Below are positions 41,044 to 54,243 of a stretch of DNA of 64,000 bases, in pieces. The translations under genes were made by a program, and so were the position numbers. Where the stretch lies: NCBI GenBank assembly GCA_964187785.1, contig OZ076409.1, positions 33,110,001 to 33,174,000 of the forward strand, read 5' to 3'. The DNA comes from Amphiscolops sp. MND2022 (lineage: Eukaryota). The first letter of the stretch is position 1. Every line of letters begins with the position of its first letter. The notes under the pieces are model-generated. The model worked only from the letters and a program-made list of their open reading frames with translations. It had not been told where the DNA came from and did no database searches.

Positions 41044-41217
41044 AACGCAAGTGCAATCGCGGAGTTCACAGGTTCCAGAGCGATATCTAGGTACTCGAAT
41101 ACGGCGTAGGTCATAGTGTGGGTTAACCTGTGAAGCGCTTTGGTCAACATCGGATGTAAGCTGCGCAGTGGGCGCTTCAGAATCAGAATCCGGTGTAATT
41201 GATGGTTGTGTGTCAAT

Positions 41218-44200
41218 TTAACGAGCAATCTGCCGTGAAGAGGTGGTAGTGTGTCCTCTGGGCCGCCGAGGAGGGCGACCTCGAGGACGTCCTCTGTGAA
41301 CTTGTCTTTGCGCGCGTGAGCGCAAATCCTGACAATGGGAAGGTGTACTTCGCGTTGAACCACGAGATAGAGCAGCTCGCGGCCTGCCCCTATTTCGCGT
41401 GCTATGGACGTTGTACCAAGCAGCTGGCTCGTCGGAGCCGGATAACTCAGTGTTACTGGTTTCAGTGTCCTGGAGGTTAGAGATGCCATCCGGCAATGGG
41501 GGAACACTGACTGGCACATCCGTCAATGAAGGATTTGTCAAAAGAGGAGCAGATGTACCCGCTAGTGATACCTGTGCTTCTGTTGTTGCCGTGGAGGCAT
41601 CTTGTGTTTGAGCTGCGTCCGGGATAACTTCAGGTTCGGAAAATAATGGTAGCTGATCGTTAAAGGCAGGTTTATGTGACATAGGTTGTTCATCGGGAGG
41701 CACTGAAGCGTCAACTAGTGCAGGAAGTTCAGCCTCTGAAGGATTTGGCTCATCGGACAGCAAGTCTGCAGAGCGCTCACGCTCTGGGTCGGAGGTGGAA
41801 TAGTCAAATTGCTGGTAGTGGAGACGACTGCCTCCGGCTCGCATTCTAGTACGCAACCTCGTGTCCATCCAGTGGCGTCTCCTTGATGGTAGCGATACAT
41901 CTGATGCTTCAGACAGCGGTTCCTCCTTGCGATACGGAGGTTGTGAGCAGTCATCTAAGATCTCCTCAGCTGAGTGCTCGGGCTCAGGATCCATTACAAC
42001 GACCACTTCGCCATTCCCAGCGGGGAGAGCAACAAACTCCGTAGGTCCACCATGATGAGGTTTGAGTCGCTCAAAGTGCACTTTTTGTCCTGAGTCTAGG
42101 ATATAAACACGGCCATCTTGTAGTACACGGACAACCTTGTGCGGATCACGCCAAGCTTTCATCAACTTCGGTGATCCCTTTTGAGGTACATAGCGGCAGA
42201 ACACCCAAACAGGGTCTCCTACATTATATGCGTTCCCGCGAATAGCGTGATCATACTTCAGTTTTTGACGTAGTTGCGCCTGATGCGTGTTTCTACGCAC
42301 CAAGTCATGAATCACTGGTTGCCGAGCCAGAATATGCTCTACATAGGCTCCATGCAATTCAAATGATCTGGCTGCGAACTCAGGATAGAGAAAAGTGAGG
42401 GGAATTGCTTTTTCGGTCCCTCGGTTCAGCATGTAAGGTGAGAACCCAGTCGCTGCGTGGCGCGTTGACATACGCTCCCATGACTTCGTCCAAGTGCTGG
42501 TCCCAGTCTCTCATGCGACGCGAGCAGAATACCCGTAACAGGGTCCGCAAAGTTCGATTTTGTCGCTCAACCAGGCCTTGACTGCGCGAGTGACCCGCCG
42601 TAGAGGTGACTTTTGTGACCTGGGATGCCCTCATGAACACGTTAGACACCTCTGCAGTCAAATTGGGGCATTGTCTGATTGCATGCGCGTAGGCGTGCCG
42701 TGTCTGGCAAACCATTTCTGCAACAGTAACCTAGACGTGGTTAGCGCATCGTAATCTTCATGGCTGCAGGTACAACCTCCGCAAACTTGGAGAAGTGATC
42801 AATTATCACCAGAATGCCCGTGTTGTTGCTGTCTGAGGGGCAAACTTTAAGATGGTCGTACTGGACCAACTCATTTAAATACCCACTTTGGATCTTTTTG
42901 AGGTGAAATCGAACGTCACCCGGTTTTGTCCCGTACTTGCTGGCATGTGAGGCACTGACTCACGTATTGACCAACGCTACGACGAATGCCTGGCCAGGTA
43001 TGGCGTTCCTGTATTCGCGCCAGCACCTTAGCAATGCCTTGGTGGCCCATTGCATCGTGAGCACGAAACAGAATTTCATGCTGGTACAGTTGGGGCATTA
43101 CAATCATGCACGGACGCTCGTGCAAAGGACGTTGCCGAGGTGGATATTTCACACAAAGAACCCCATTTTGGTTGATGAACAGGAGATATTTTTTCTGCTT
43201 GTGATAGTTATGTGCGAATGCGCGTACGTCCTCAGGAAAAACGTCGTGATCGATGGATTTTTGTGCCACCAACTTCTTTATGGCTAACACATGCACGTCA
43301 CGGTTTTGTGCCAAAAGCAGATCTTTGATGCTATGCACCGTGTTGGCATGTTCAGGGAGTTCCGTGTCTATCTCTTGAGTAATCTTCCCTAGCTTCCTCA
43401 GTGACGTCAATCCAGTCCTCGGGATAATCTGGATAAAAGTCTTCGTGTGTCTGCAATGTATGCATCGGTGCCTCAGGTAGAGGAGCGCGCAGCGCCCTCT
43501 CCCTTATCTCAGCTGACTGGTGGCGCTTACGCCGTCGTGCAACACGACAAACTTCCTTTTTGTGGTCTGGTTTAGTATTCCGCAAGTGAGCGAGAAGCTG
43601 GGGGTGATTGGGTACCACTCGACCGTGCAAGTCGAACCAAGGTGTAACGTGCAGCTGGTCAAATTCCTCCTGTGAGAGGAAATTCCATTTGTCCGCAACG
43701 GGTGGCAGCTTTTTGAGCTGCTTTTCTCGCCATTGATAATCGTTGGTTCGTTTACTGAGTCCATCGGTATTTTGATGCTGAGTTCTAGGACGATGCTCCA
43801 CCGTGAAATGATACTTTTCAAATGTCATAATCCATCGACCAATCAAGGCCTGATCAGTGGAATAAGTTTTCAGCCAAGAAAGTGCTTGATTGTCAACCCT
43901 CAGGTTGAACTTTCTGGCGCAAAGATAGCTGTGACTTTTGAGAACGAAATAAAAAGCTGCGTACATTTCAAGCTTAGGAGCGCCATACTTCGCTTGAGTG
44001 GCATTCAATTTTTTGCTCCCGTACACAATTGGTCTCAGGCGCCTTTCGCCCGGAAGACCTTGCCACTGATGCAAAATTCCAGAAATTGCAACAGCACTGG
44101 CATCAGTGTCCAGCACAAGTTCGCCCTCAGAATCCGGTTGCGCCAAGGCAGTTGCTTCAATCAAAGCTAACTTAATGGCGTTGAAAGCCTGTTGCTGCTC

Positions 44201-47200
44201 ATCCCCCGGGCGAAATTCGCACCCAGGCCGGTAATAGCATGCAAGGGGGCCACAAGTTTGGCATGTCAGGGAATAAACTCGCGATAATAATTGGCGAAGC
44301 CCAAAAAGCTTTGCAGCTCTGTCTTGTTCCTGGGTACTTCCCAATCGCGCAGTTTAGACACTGCTTTAGGGTCCGGTTTGATATCTTCGGCAGAGACCAC
44401 ACGTCCCAGGTACTTGATTTCCGACTTCACAAAGTCACACTTAGCGACTCTCACCTTGAAGCCAGCTTCTCGCAGACATTCAAACACCTCGCGTAAGCGT
44501 ACCATGTGGCTCAACTGTACGCCATCACCATGCTCCCTTCCCGGTTCACGCGCTCGCGCTATGACTTGTTGAAAAGTAGCTGAAACGTCACACCAAAGGG
44601 CATCCGGCGACATTCAAACAAACCCAGCTCGCAAGCAAATGCCGTCTTCTGCCTGTCTGCTTTGCGTACTGGTATTTGCCAGAAAGCCCAGGCCAAATCG
44701 ATAGTGGTGTAGATCTTGGCCTTACCCAAGCGAGAGAGGCTTTCGTCAATGCGCGGAAGGGGATACGCGTCTTTTATGCTCACTGCGTTGAGGGGGCGAA
44801 AGTCGCAGCAGAAACGCAACTCCCCATTCTTCTTCTTGACCATCACAATTCCACTCGCCCAAAGTGACAGCGAGGGTTGGATCATGCCCAAAGCGAATAG
44901 TTTGCGAACTTCCTGAATGGCGCGCTCTGCTTTCTCGCGCGACATCCGTCTGGCTCCTTCTCGATGAGGTGTAGCTCCAGGTTCAACCTCGACCGTATGT
45001 TTGGCAATTTTACAGCTTTACGATGTCCGCTTTGTGCTTCATGAAGAGGTCGTCAAATTCAGTTAGGATGTTATCCAGAGAGTCGCGGGCAGTTTGTCCC
45101 CACAACTTTTGCACCTCCTCCAACTGAGACACGGGTCCAGGAATAGGGGCCAATAGATAAGGGTCAGTGCGTTTCCTGACCTCGCGCGCTGACAGCCCCT
45201 CCTCCGACGGGTCTGTTGAGGAAAGAAACTCGAACTCCGATGACGACGGAAACTTTGATTGGGAGCTCAGATCAATTTCAGAATAGATCTTGTTGACAAA
45301 ATCGTTTGGGGATTTTGATTTTTGGTCACTTTCTTCTTTGTGCACTTGAGCACATTGAGGAACTGCATGATAGACCAGGCGTACTGGCGCAGCAGTACCA
45401 AGCATGGTGCCACTTTTCACTTTCTGAGCATTGCTTGTCAGGTTGCCAACAGAGACATAGAATACACCTGTCTCTCCGACAGTGGCTATAGTGTCTTCCA
45501 CGAATATAGTGTTCTTCAACACTCGGTTCGATGTTGCAAAGTTAATCAACACATTTCTGAAAGCGAAAGCTTCCAAGTCCGAAGTGGCCACCATGGCAGG
45601 TAGAACAGCACGCCCAAATGGCTGTAGCACCACGTCTTGATCCAAAACTACTGTACTGGATAAAGTTTCATCGCTCGTTTGGGCGTGTGCGTGATGCCAC
45701 ACGGGCTTAACCGGGGCTCGCGCCAGTATTTTCATGGCGGTCAGGTCTACGAGCACGTTATATGCTCTTTGGAAATTCCGATCCAGCAAGAAATCCTCCA
45801 ATCCATGTGCATCATCGAAAACCACGAAATTGGTTTCGAGTTCATATCCACCAAGTTGGAAGCGCACACGCTCCGCTATTCCAAACGTTTTTATCGTCTT
45901 CCCGTTAGCAGCATACAAGTCGATTCGGTGAGGTTGTAGCGCTACGCCTGTCTGCAAGGCTACACGGTTGAAGGCTGAGAAACTCATGATTGATACGCCT
46001 GACCCTGTGTCGACCATTCCTCTCAGTGGAATAGGGTTAGCATTTGGCACTGCGAAAGATACCACGAGCGACGCACGCTCATCAATGAGGGCCTCAACTG
46101 TGGGCTCCTGCCTGCTGATGCTATAGCAGCGTAATTCTTGTGGCCCTAGACACACTCCTTGAGGGAACACATCTACTACCACGCTAGCATCAAATTTCAT
46201 GTCCACGCCATCTATGTTTGCATGCACAGGAACTGGGGTGTACGCCGTGCACGCACTAGCTTGGCCTTCAGTATACCACTCTTTTGGCAGTGGTAAGGAG
46301 ATCCTTTTGACAGTCGGATTGCTAGCTAACTCCAGCTTCATTTTTTCCAAAGTCAAATCCGGGCGTATTTGTTGTTCCGAGGCTAGCATTAGGTGTACAG
46401 ACAGTATAGTTCGGCCACTAGGGTGAAATGTTGTGGACTCCAAACTTGTATGCACCTGCTTTGTGCCACAGGTAACTGTCAGTGGAGCATTTACAGTGGG
46501 TTGATCGGCTGGACGTAACAACAACACCCTGTAATAGGCAGTGGGTGCATTTTGCGCTGCATCAGCTTTCTCCTCCACTTCAGCCCTCGAGCTGAAAGTT
46601 TCCGATTGAATAGACGATGTTGGCCAATCTGCAAATACATCAGTTGTGCACGATTCCACAGGGGCAGCAGGCGCTGAACTCGCAGCAGCAGCAGCAGCAA
46701 CTTGCTGAGATTTACTATCTGGGTCCTGAATCTGACGTCTATCCGCAGAATGCACTACTAGCTTGCGTCTAGAGCAAGCACTCTCCACACAGCGCGAGCG
46801 CTGAGATGAGGTTGCGTCCTGCCTACAAACGGGAGTTGTGTGCACCGAGGCGGCCGGCACTTGTTCACCTTGCAGGGACTGATAAGTTCCAGACTCAGTA
46901 CGTCCTGGGTTACAGGGCTGCCGTTGGTGACGTCGCCTCTGAAGTTCTTGTACGGTGAACCGCAATGATTCTACAGTAGGTGGTTCTGTTAGATATGCCT
47001 CATACACCACCGTCAGTTCTCGTTGCAACACGGGATCACTGACCCCGTCCATGAAACGATGGAAGATTTCATAGCGTCGGGTAGTGAGAGGCTCATCAGG
47101 AAAGCCCTGACTCCTGAGACCTTCCAATGCATCTAAATATTGCATGAGTCCTCTTTTTCAAATTGGCTTCGCAACCTGAAGGCCTGCTTCACCGGCCAGC

Positions 47201-48189
47201 GACTACTTCCCGTCCCAAATCTCCTGGAGAGCAAGGTACTCCTCACATTCTCGTGAGAATCCCGATCGGACTCCGGTTTGTTGATTGGGTAACTCCGAGC
47301 TTCTTCACCTAAGTGATCGGTTATAGCCCAAGCTTTGTCAACAGGTGCAGAATTCAATAATACTTGTTCCAGATACCGTTTCATAACGAGCAGCCACTCA
47401 TCAATAGTTCCATCCTTCGAACCACGGTATGCGGTTGGTCGGACTGCTGTTTGATCACGATTAGCAATTAAGGGGGCCAACTCTTCAGACATGGCTTTGG
47501 ATATCGCCTCCGTGACTTTCAACTGTTCGGGTGATCTGAATTCACTTTTGGTATCACTGGTACATGAGTTGCGCTCTGACAACCCGTCGTCAGCGGTGTG
47601 ACCCACAGGCGACGCATTAGCAATGCCGATGGTTGTGTTGTTCAAGGATTTTGCGTCTGCAACCTCATCTATTGTAGGCGCTGTCATCGGTTCAACCTTG
47701 GTGTCGTTTGACAAGTTAGTTGTGAGACTTTTAAGGAAAACGGGTTCCTTCCTGCTGATGCGATGGAGTAGTGGCACACATCGCCTGTATCTGCGTTAGA
47801 GCTTTGTTCATTTCAGCAATCTGCTGGGTCAGCTCCCGGACATTTCCTTCAGCTTTCTCCGTTTTCTCAGTTTTTTTCTCCAATAGTTCTCTGAGGATAT
47901 ATGATCTTCTCGACGATGTTGAACTGGAGGTGGATATTATCGTCTCCCTCTCCGACTCGGTAGCCCGCGAGCTACCTATCATTACGTCTGTAAAATCAGA
48001 GTCAACTCTGAAACTGTCTCGAGAGGGCCAGTCTTCCTCGTCCAAATCATCGAAATTAGTTTATTTATCTGACATTTGGGGTTCATTTTTGACCTTCAAG
48101 GGCGGTTCATCAATTGGTTGTGCTGCGCTGGTGCCCTCTCCCCCCTTCAAAACGAAGCGGAGGCGCTCAAATTTCTTCGATCGTTTCAT
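41218..48189 (-). pseudogene. Gypsy gag-pol, frameshifted (capsid, aspartic protease, dUTPase-like spacer, RT, RNase H, integrase)
   Basis: Gag: YRGSKDGTIDEWLLVMKRYL. PR: MVDTGSG. RT: LRFCCDFRPLN..DAYPLPRIDE..IDLAWAFWQ, with the YxDD region deleted. RH: LDTDASAVAISG..LEM..VDNQAL. IN: AHDAMGH..CLTC and GLVERQNRTL. Confidence 0.93.
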
Positions 48190-50767
48190 TTCAGATTCAG
48201 ATAGTTCACAACGGCTTTGAAAGAATTTCTCGTGTACCCAAATGTAGTCTCCGGGTCGAAGTCAAGATAAATTCTAACGGTCACAGCGCGCTGTAATTTT
48301 CTCCACACGTTTGACGCTACTCGTTGGGCTAAGAGAACTGCTCTCGGGCAGTTTGTGGCAGTGATGTTGGATAATGCGCAACAAACACACTGTTGAGCCG
48401 TTTTTTGATCTCTCAGCCTCACTGAATTTGGGTATGTTGTGACTAACCAAAAATGTTGTCGGCAGAGCTGACGTGTTACTCGGTGTTCAAGCTACTTGAC
48501 ACAGCTGAATAACACCTGTTTTGGATAAAAATGCTGTCGAAAAGGTTGTAAACTCGGGCAAAATGGTCAAACTTTATGACACCAAGGATTTACTCCTCTC
48601 AAAATCTCGTGATTCTGGTTAAGTCGGATTTCTCAGGGTAGTTTCTGGATATTCAATACCCTGCTCGGGCTCACAGAGTAACACCTAGAGACATTTCGTT
48701 GACGAAATTCAGTCGGAAGTGGGTCGCAGGCACTAAAAACCTCCGATTGGGGGTTTATCGGGAACAAATTTTAAAGTTTCAGTGGAGTCAAAATTTATGA
48801 CCCCTGCCGGCAATTTTTTTGAACTGTAGTATTTGCCTCGTTTGCACCCAGGAAGGCCTACCAGATCCGTTTGGTTGGAAAATGAAGGCTTTTGGTCTCT
48901 GCCTTCCGTAGAGCGGGAGCACTAAGGTTTTATGTTTTCGTTTTATTGACGGTTTTTCGGGATTTCGGCCAAAACGTGTCTCTGAGCACAGTCAAACTCT
49001 GTTTTGTTAGGCGTACTGGGTGAAAAAATGCACAGCACGTTTGCTCAGTCACGCAAGTTGGAGAAATGACCTCACGAAGCTGATAACTACGTCCAGCTCT
49101 AAGCTAGGGCCTTTTTCACAAATTTTTGAAGTTTTCAAAATTTTTCGAAAAACACTACAGTGGCTCTTACAAACACTGGAGACGTAAGATCAGGCTCAAA
49201 ATTAGCCACGCGATCGCACGTATAGCCAGGTACACTGTGACAAGCACCAATTGGGGCTCAGACTATTGAATGAGTTGCAGATGCTGTACAGGCTTTCCGT
49301 ATCACCGTGTCTTATGGGGACACGATTTCTCACGTGCAACCAAAGACTCTTGTCCACAGCGTTGAGCTCGCGAGCTCTATTTTTCAGCAACGGTGCACCA
49401 AACGACACTGACAGCAATGGTCCAAAGCCTTGTAGTCCCAACGTTGCGATGAGGTGCGGCGACAACTCCCAAAAATGGTCCAACTCGTTACGATACACAG
49501 GATATCACAACTGTAAGTAACAAGATGCTATGTCCCAGCAGAGCAGCACACTCGATATTGACCACAATTCGCACGTACAGCAATGAATTCACGAATAGGA
49601 GTTCAAACAAAGGGGTTTTCACAAGTTTCCAACACGTAAAACTGGGTTTTGTCCCACTTTCCAAGTTTTCGTCTCGGTGAAGACTTAAGCCATACTCACG
49701 ATATGTACGTCTCAAGTTGGTGGAAATCACTTGTATGGGTCGGAGCGAGTTTAAATTCACTCAAGCAGTTGGTACCAACCCACAAGCTCAGAAAATGAGC
49801 TTAGATCGAAGCTACACTTTCGTTGAGACGAGCACGAGACGTTTACAACAAATTTTGAACTTTTTCGGAAGGTACAAAAAAAACACAAGTGGCACGTATT
49901 CGTCACTCAAGGGTCGGATCTGGCTCAAAATTGACCAGAGGATCCTGCAGACACGTAGGTACACGGAATTGAGCATTGATATGGGCTCCGAGGATTGTAA
50001 ACTGTTTCGCCTTGGTACAGACGTGCGGTTCTCCTATGTATCAGTAGGAGTCAGAATGCACCCTTATAACACAATTTCCAAACACCGGTTTGAGTTATCG
50101 GCTTGGTTTTCTGGCTATCAATGCACCAACTAGCACAAATTACGTCAGTGGGGTGCAATTCGTCCCCACTTCCCGGCTGGAGTGTTCAGGCACTTCCAAA
50201 AAATTTCGAAAAATTTGTTTTTTTGCACCTCTTTTTGTGCAGTACGTTTTTGCCAATTTTTCAAGAAATATTGTACCAATCGGCTTGAAACTTGGCAGGC
50301 GCTGCCAGTGGGCACCCACAATGCTGGTTCAATGGTCTGATGGAAGCCCGCGAGCTTTCCTGGAATTCCGACTGGGTCCCGACACTATCTCAACAAAAAC
50401 AGTACTTTTTGACACTTTTTTTACAAATTGGCTAAGAGGGTCGACACTACCAATTTTACGGCAGGCACATAAGGGTCAAAGTGTTGCCCCACTGGTCACA
50501 GCACTGCCACAAGCCCTCAATTAGTAGTGCCCGTTAGGTATGAGGCGCTGTCGGTCCTACAGTTTTCGAAATTTTCGGCTAATTTAGCTCGACTTAGTTT
50601 TTCTCGACTTTGATTAGCGCTAGGGTCACCAAATTTTCGGCACTAGTATTATGTTTTGTGGTGGTTACGAAAATGCAACCAGTTTTTAGCAAGGGTTCCG
50701 GAATCTTTGACCCGACCCTAACAATTGGACAGTCCGGTTTTGTGGAAATTTGGTCAAATTCAGTGCG

Positions 50768-51135
50768 TTTTTCAACTTTTCTCAACACTGAAAAGGAATT
50801 TTTGACGCGGTTTTCACCCTCACACGTTATTTTTACTATATAAACAGAAAATAAGATCTCGGAAGCTCCTAGCTAACAAAAAGACAGAGTGCCCAGGGGG
50901 TTTTAATTGTGTACTCAGACACTCCTGAAACTGACTAAAAATAAAGGTTTTTCAACTTTTCTCAGCACTGAAAAGGAATTTTTGCACGCGGTTTTCACCA
51001 CTATGCGTTATTTTTATTGTAAAAACAGAAAATGAGAGCGCATAGGCTCCCAGGACTCGAAAACAGTAAGTGCCCTAGAGGTTTTAATTATGCACTCTGG
51101 CACTCCTGAAACTGGCCAAAAATCAAGGTTTTTCG
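50768..51135. repeat. ~180-bp diverged tandem duplication in the Gypsy 5' leader
   Basis: TTTTCAACTTTTCTCARCACTGAAAAGGAATTTTTG...CACTCCTGAAACTG occurs twice in tandem. Confidence 0.8.
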
Positions 51136-51840
51136 ACCTGTAATCACTAAGAAAACGTTACCAACTCTTTTGAATCCTATTTTTGGTACTGCGGGGTGTA
51201 CCCCAAACTAATAACAGCGTGGAAGAGGCAATTACATTACTATATGGCACTCTGCCGCTAGTATTTCATGGTGGTTTTTTGCCAATTTCGCTAAAAACTG
51301 GGTTTTTTTATACAAAATGCGTCCCAAAAAGGACTCCAACGGCTTTCCTGGTGGACATTACATTACGTAGCAGAACTCTGAAGGTTTTGAGCTGCTTTCC
51401 ATTTTTGCAAGTGCTGTGATTGATACCTAGAGCGTTTGAGCTCGTACCAGGAAAAACACTCAAAAATGCTAAAAACGACGTTTTTGCAACTTTCGCACTC
51501 GAAAACGCACTTTTTTCACAGAAAACAGGTGCCAAAGCACACACTACGTTGCAACAGGGTAAAACTAGCATGCACAAATGATTTTCTGTCCAAAAATACA
51601 CAATCGAAAAAAATGAGGGGTGGTACCTTCGTCGTCCTTTTTCTCAACATCCAGACCAACCAGAGAGAAACGGGGTAGACCGTCGGCAACGTCAGTGTTT
51701 GCTCTAGCTTTCCACCAAAAATCATGCTTCTAGCACGTCTCCACGGGAAATGGGAAAGGATAGTCGGGAACACTCGTTTCAGCTCATCTATCAGTCAGAT
51801 GGAACATGGCGCATCCATCAACTGAATAAGCAAATATAAG

Positions 51841-52119
51841 AAGGATAATTAAGCCAAAAGACTCATTAAGGTAGCATAAAGCTAAAATCAAAGAAAATCA
51901 GGGTTAGCACCTGAAAAAGAGTCTATTTTTTAGAGTTTTGTAAGCGCATGGACTTCTTCGTTCTCTGTGTTCTCGCTCTGTCTTGCATGGAAATTGGCGA
52001 AAACAGCGAAAAGAGCAGTCACATGCCCAGTGCCACGTCACACAGCGGATTAGAATTTTTGACAAAATTTCTGAACATGTCCAAGTCGCAAAATCGCTGT
52101 ACCAGAGGTTCCCGTTACA
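51841..52119 (-). repeat. Partial 5' LTR (279 bp)
   Basis: About 98% identical to 38261-38539 and starts TGTAACGGG on the - strand. Homology stops abruptly at 51841. Confidence 0.85.
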
Positions 52120-53023
52120 GTTCCGCAAAATGACTCTCTCTCTCTCTCTCCAAATTGATTCTCTCCAATTTCATATAGAAAACCCCTGAATGGACCAAAA
52201 ACAGTGTACGTCGAATCTCATTTTAGTGGATTAGGATCTAAAACCACTGATCATTGGAATAAGGACTCAGATCTCTGGAATAAGATTTAAAAATCCACCA
52301 AAATGTCGATGTTTTAGCCAATTTCACCCCCGAAAGCCCCAAAAAATTTCCAAAAAAACTTTGTAGGTAGGTTCTCATTTCACCTTCGTAAGATCTAAAA
52401 CCACTGGAATAAGGTTTGGATTCACAGAGAATTTGAATCTTTACAGGAAATCAAGGTCCAGGCTGAGAAATAGCGTGATGACCCGGCAAAAGAGTTATTA
52501 TACGAATGTAGCTATTTGCAGCACCCTTGATATAAAGTTTGAAATTTTAGAATTTTTTCGATCTTAGTAAGATTCGATCTTGGAATGATCTTGGTAAGAT
52601 CTTAGTGAGAATCTTGCCATGGGATCCATGGCTGCCAAGATGTAGTAAGATTTTGGCAAGATCTTGCCAGGACAGCCAAGATGCTAGTAAGAGGGTCAAC
52701 CCGGGTAACTAGTTTTGTACTAAATAATTTTTCGAGAAATTTCTCCTTTGAAACTAAAAACAATTGATCTTGCTTTTCTTCCCAAATGTTTTTTATTTGA
52801 GGCTTTTATAGGGATGAGATACTTATAACTTTCAGTGACGTTGTATCATCAAACATCATTGCTGTTTTCAAACATGTTGTATCATCGTTTATTTTACATC
52901 GTTTTCTATCATGAAATCCAATTACCTTGTTCGCTGCTTAAATTGGGCGTTTCCAGATTTTCCCGATATAACTTCTAATCTTTTAGCTTCTAATTTCACT
53001 GTGCAATTCGACGTGAACTTTCT

Positions 53024-53185
53024 ATGATGGAACATTTTTCTCAACTGTTACTTCTATTCGTGGCATTGGTTACCAGTGTTGGATGCGCAGATAAGACGTT
53101 GAAAGTCACCAGCGTCCTCAATGAGCCATTTCTATACCAAGATGACAACAGATTCAGCGGATATTGCTATGATTTAGCCAAATAC
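53024..53185 (+). CDS. Exon 1 of an ionotropic glutamate receptor-like (S1 ligand-binding) protein: signal peptide and start of S1
   Basis: MMEHFSQLLLLFVALVTSVGCA-DKTLKVTSVLNEPF..RFSGYCYDLAKY. In-frame upstream stop at 52991. GT donor at 53186, phase 0. Confidence 0.82.
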
Positions 53186-53199
53186 GTTAGTAGGACTTT

Positions 53200-53654
53200 C
53201 CCGTACTGAGGTTCCATTCAATCCCATCGATAGGCATCGATGGACCAGCGATGGACCAGCGGATTTGAATTATCGCTCTTAAAATTTGACTCTTAAAATA
53301 CGATTTTGTATCAAAAAATTTGGTGTTTTCTCTTGGAAAATCATCAGAATCCTGTTTTTCTCAAAGATGAATAATATGGATAACTTATGTATAACTTCAT
53401 TTCCGAATTAAATATTTGGGCATCCTCGAAATCCCAAACAAAGCTTAAATAGACTGAAAAACTTAAATGGCGAGAGTTTTGTTGAAATTTTGAACATGGC
53501 CAAGTCGAACGAATTTTCGTGGGATCATAAACGTTAGAAAAATTTTCGTTAGAAAAACCTCATCGATGCCCATCGATGGACCATTGATGGCCATCGATGG
53601 GCCCCATGGGACTGCGATGGCCATCGATGAACTGCGATGGGATCTCAGTACGGG
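53200..53654. mobile_element. Intronic MITE with CCCGTACTGAG TIRs
   Basis: CCCGTACTGAG (53200) / CTCAGTACGGG (53654), with subterminal CATCGATGG repeats. Flanks are TT/TC, so the 2-bp TSD is imperfect. Confidence 0.75.
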
Positions 53655-54243
53655 TCTGCTGTTTAATAACTAGCTCTAAAACTCAGAAAAAATATCGCCC
53701 GAAAAAACTTGGAAAATACAAATATTTCGAGGAATTTGAAGCTTAAATCTTTTCTAGAAAATCATATTGTTCACATTGATCTGTTGAAGTTCTGTATGTT
53801 ATATAAGCGCGTAAAAGAAGTCAAATATATTTCCTTAGCAATACAAAATACACTTCTCTTGTACCTTTTTCTCCCACACGCGGAAAATTATGTGGAAAAA
53901 TTGTAAAATTACCATAAATTAGTAGCAGATTTTATGTATGAACTTTTGTAAGTCATCAAAATTAAGTGAAAACAAAATACTTTAAAAATTTTATTTCAAA
54001 TAATTTTTTTTATTTTTAAAATTTTATTTTAAATTAAGAAAATATTTTAAGAATATTTTATTTAATTTCATCGACGCAGGAGGGAGAGAGCCACTCCAAA
54101 AGCTTCAAGTTGATGTTCTTTTCAATTCTCTACCCAAGTTCCTTCGAAAATACTTAACTTCCCAATTCCAAAAGTTCAAGATTTTACATGGCTCTGCAAT
54201 TCAAACCTAACTGTAAGTAATGCATTTCCCATCATTTGTTCAG

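Larger units (their letters stand above)
37823..52119 (-). mobile_element. Near full-length, decayed Gypsy/Ty3 LTR retrotransposon (~14.3 kb) with accessory ORF3
   Basis: Direct repeats at 38261-38539 and 51841-52119 (5 mismatches in 279 bp), TGTAACGG termini, and a PPT-like GGGGAGTGA next to the 3' LTR. Domain order is gag-PR-RT-RH-IN. Confidence 0.88.
37229..52705. mobile_element. CCCGGG-family DNA transposon split by the Gypsy insertion; TA TSD
   Basis: The left end (37229-~37490) matches the left end of 33031-34054, and the right end (~52560-52705, GAGGGTCAACCCGGG) matches its right end. TA flanks both termini. Confidence 0.78.

Noticed and set aside
49202..51773. Several 60-145 aa ORFs in the Gypsy 5' region
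   Set aside because: They lie on both strands, mostly use non-ATG starts and have no recognisable motifs. Treated as non-coding leader.
51772..51830. Hammerhead ribozyme-like CTGATAGATGAGCTGAAAC on the - strand
   Set aside because: The core does not match CUGANGA, and I could not build stems I-III around it.
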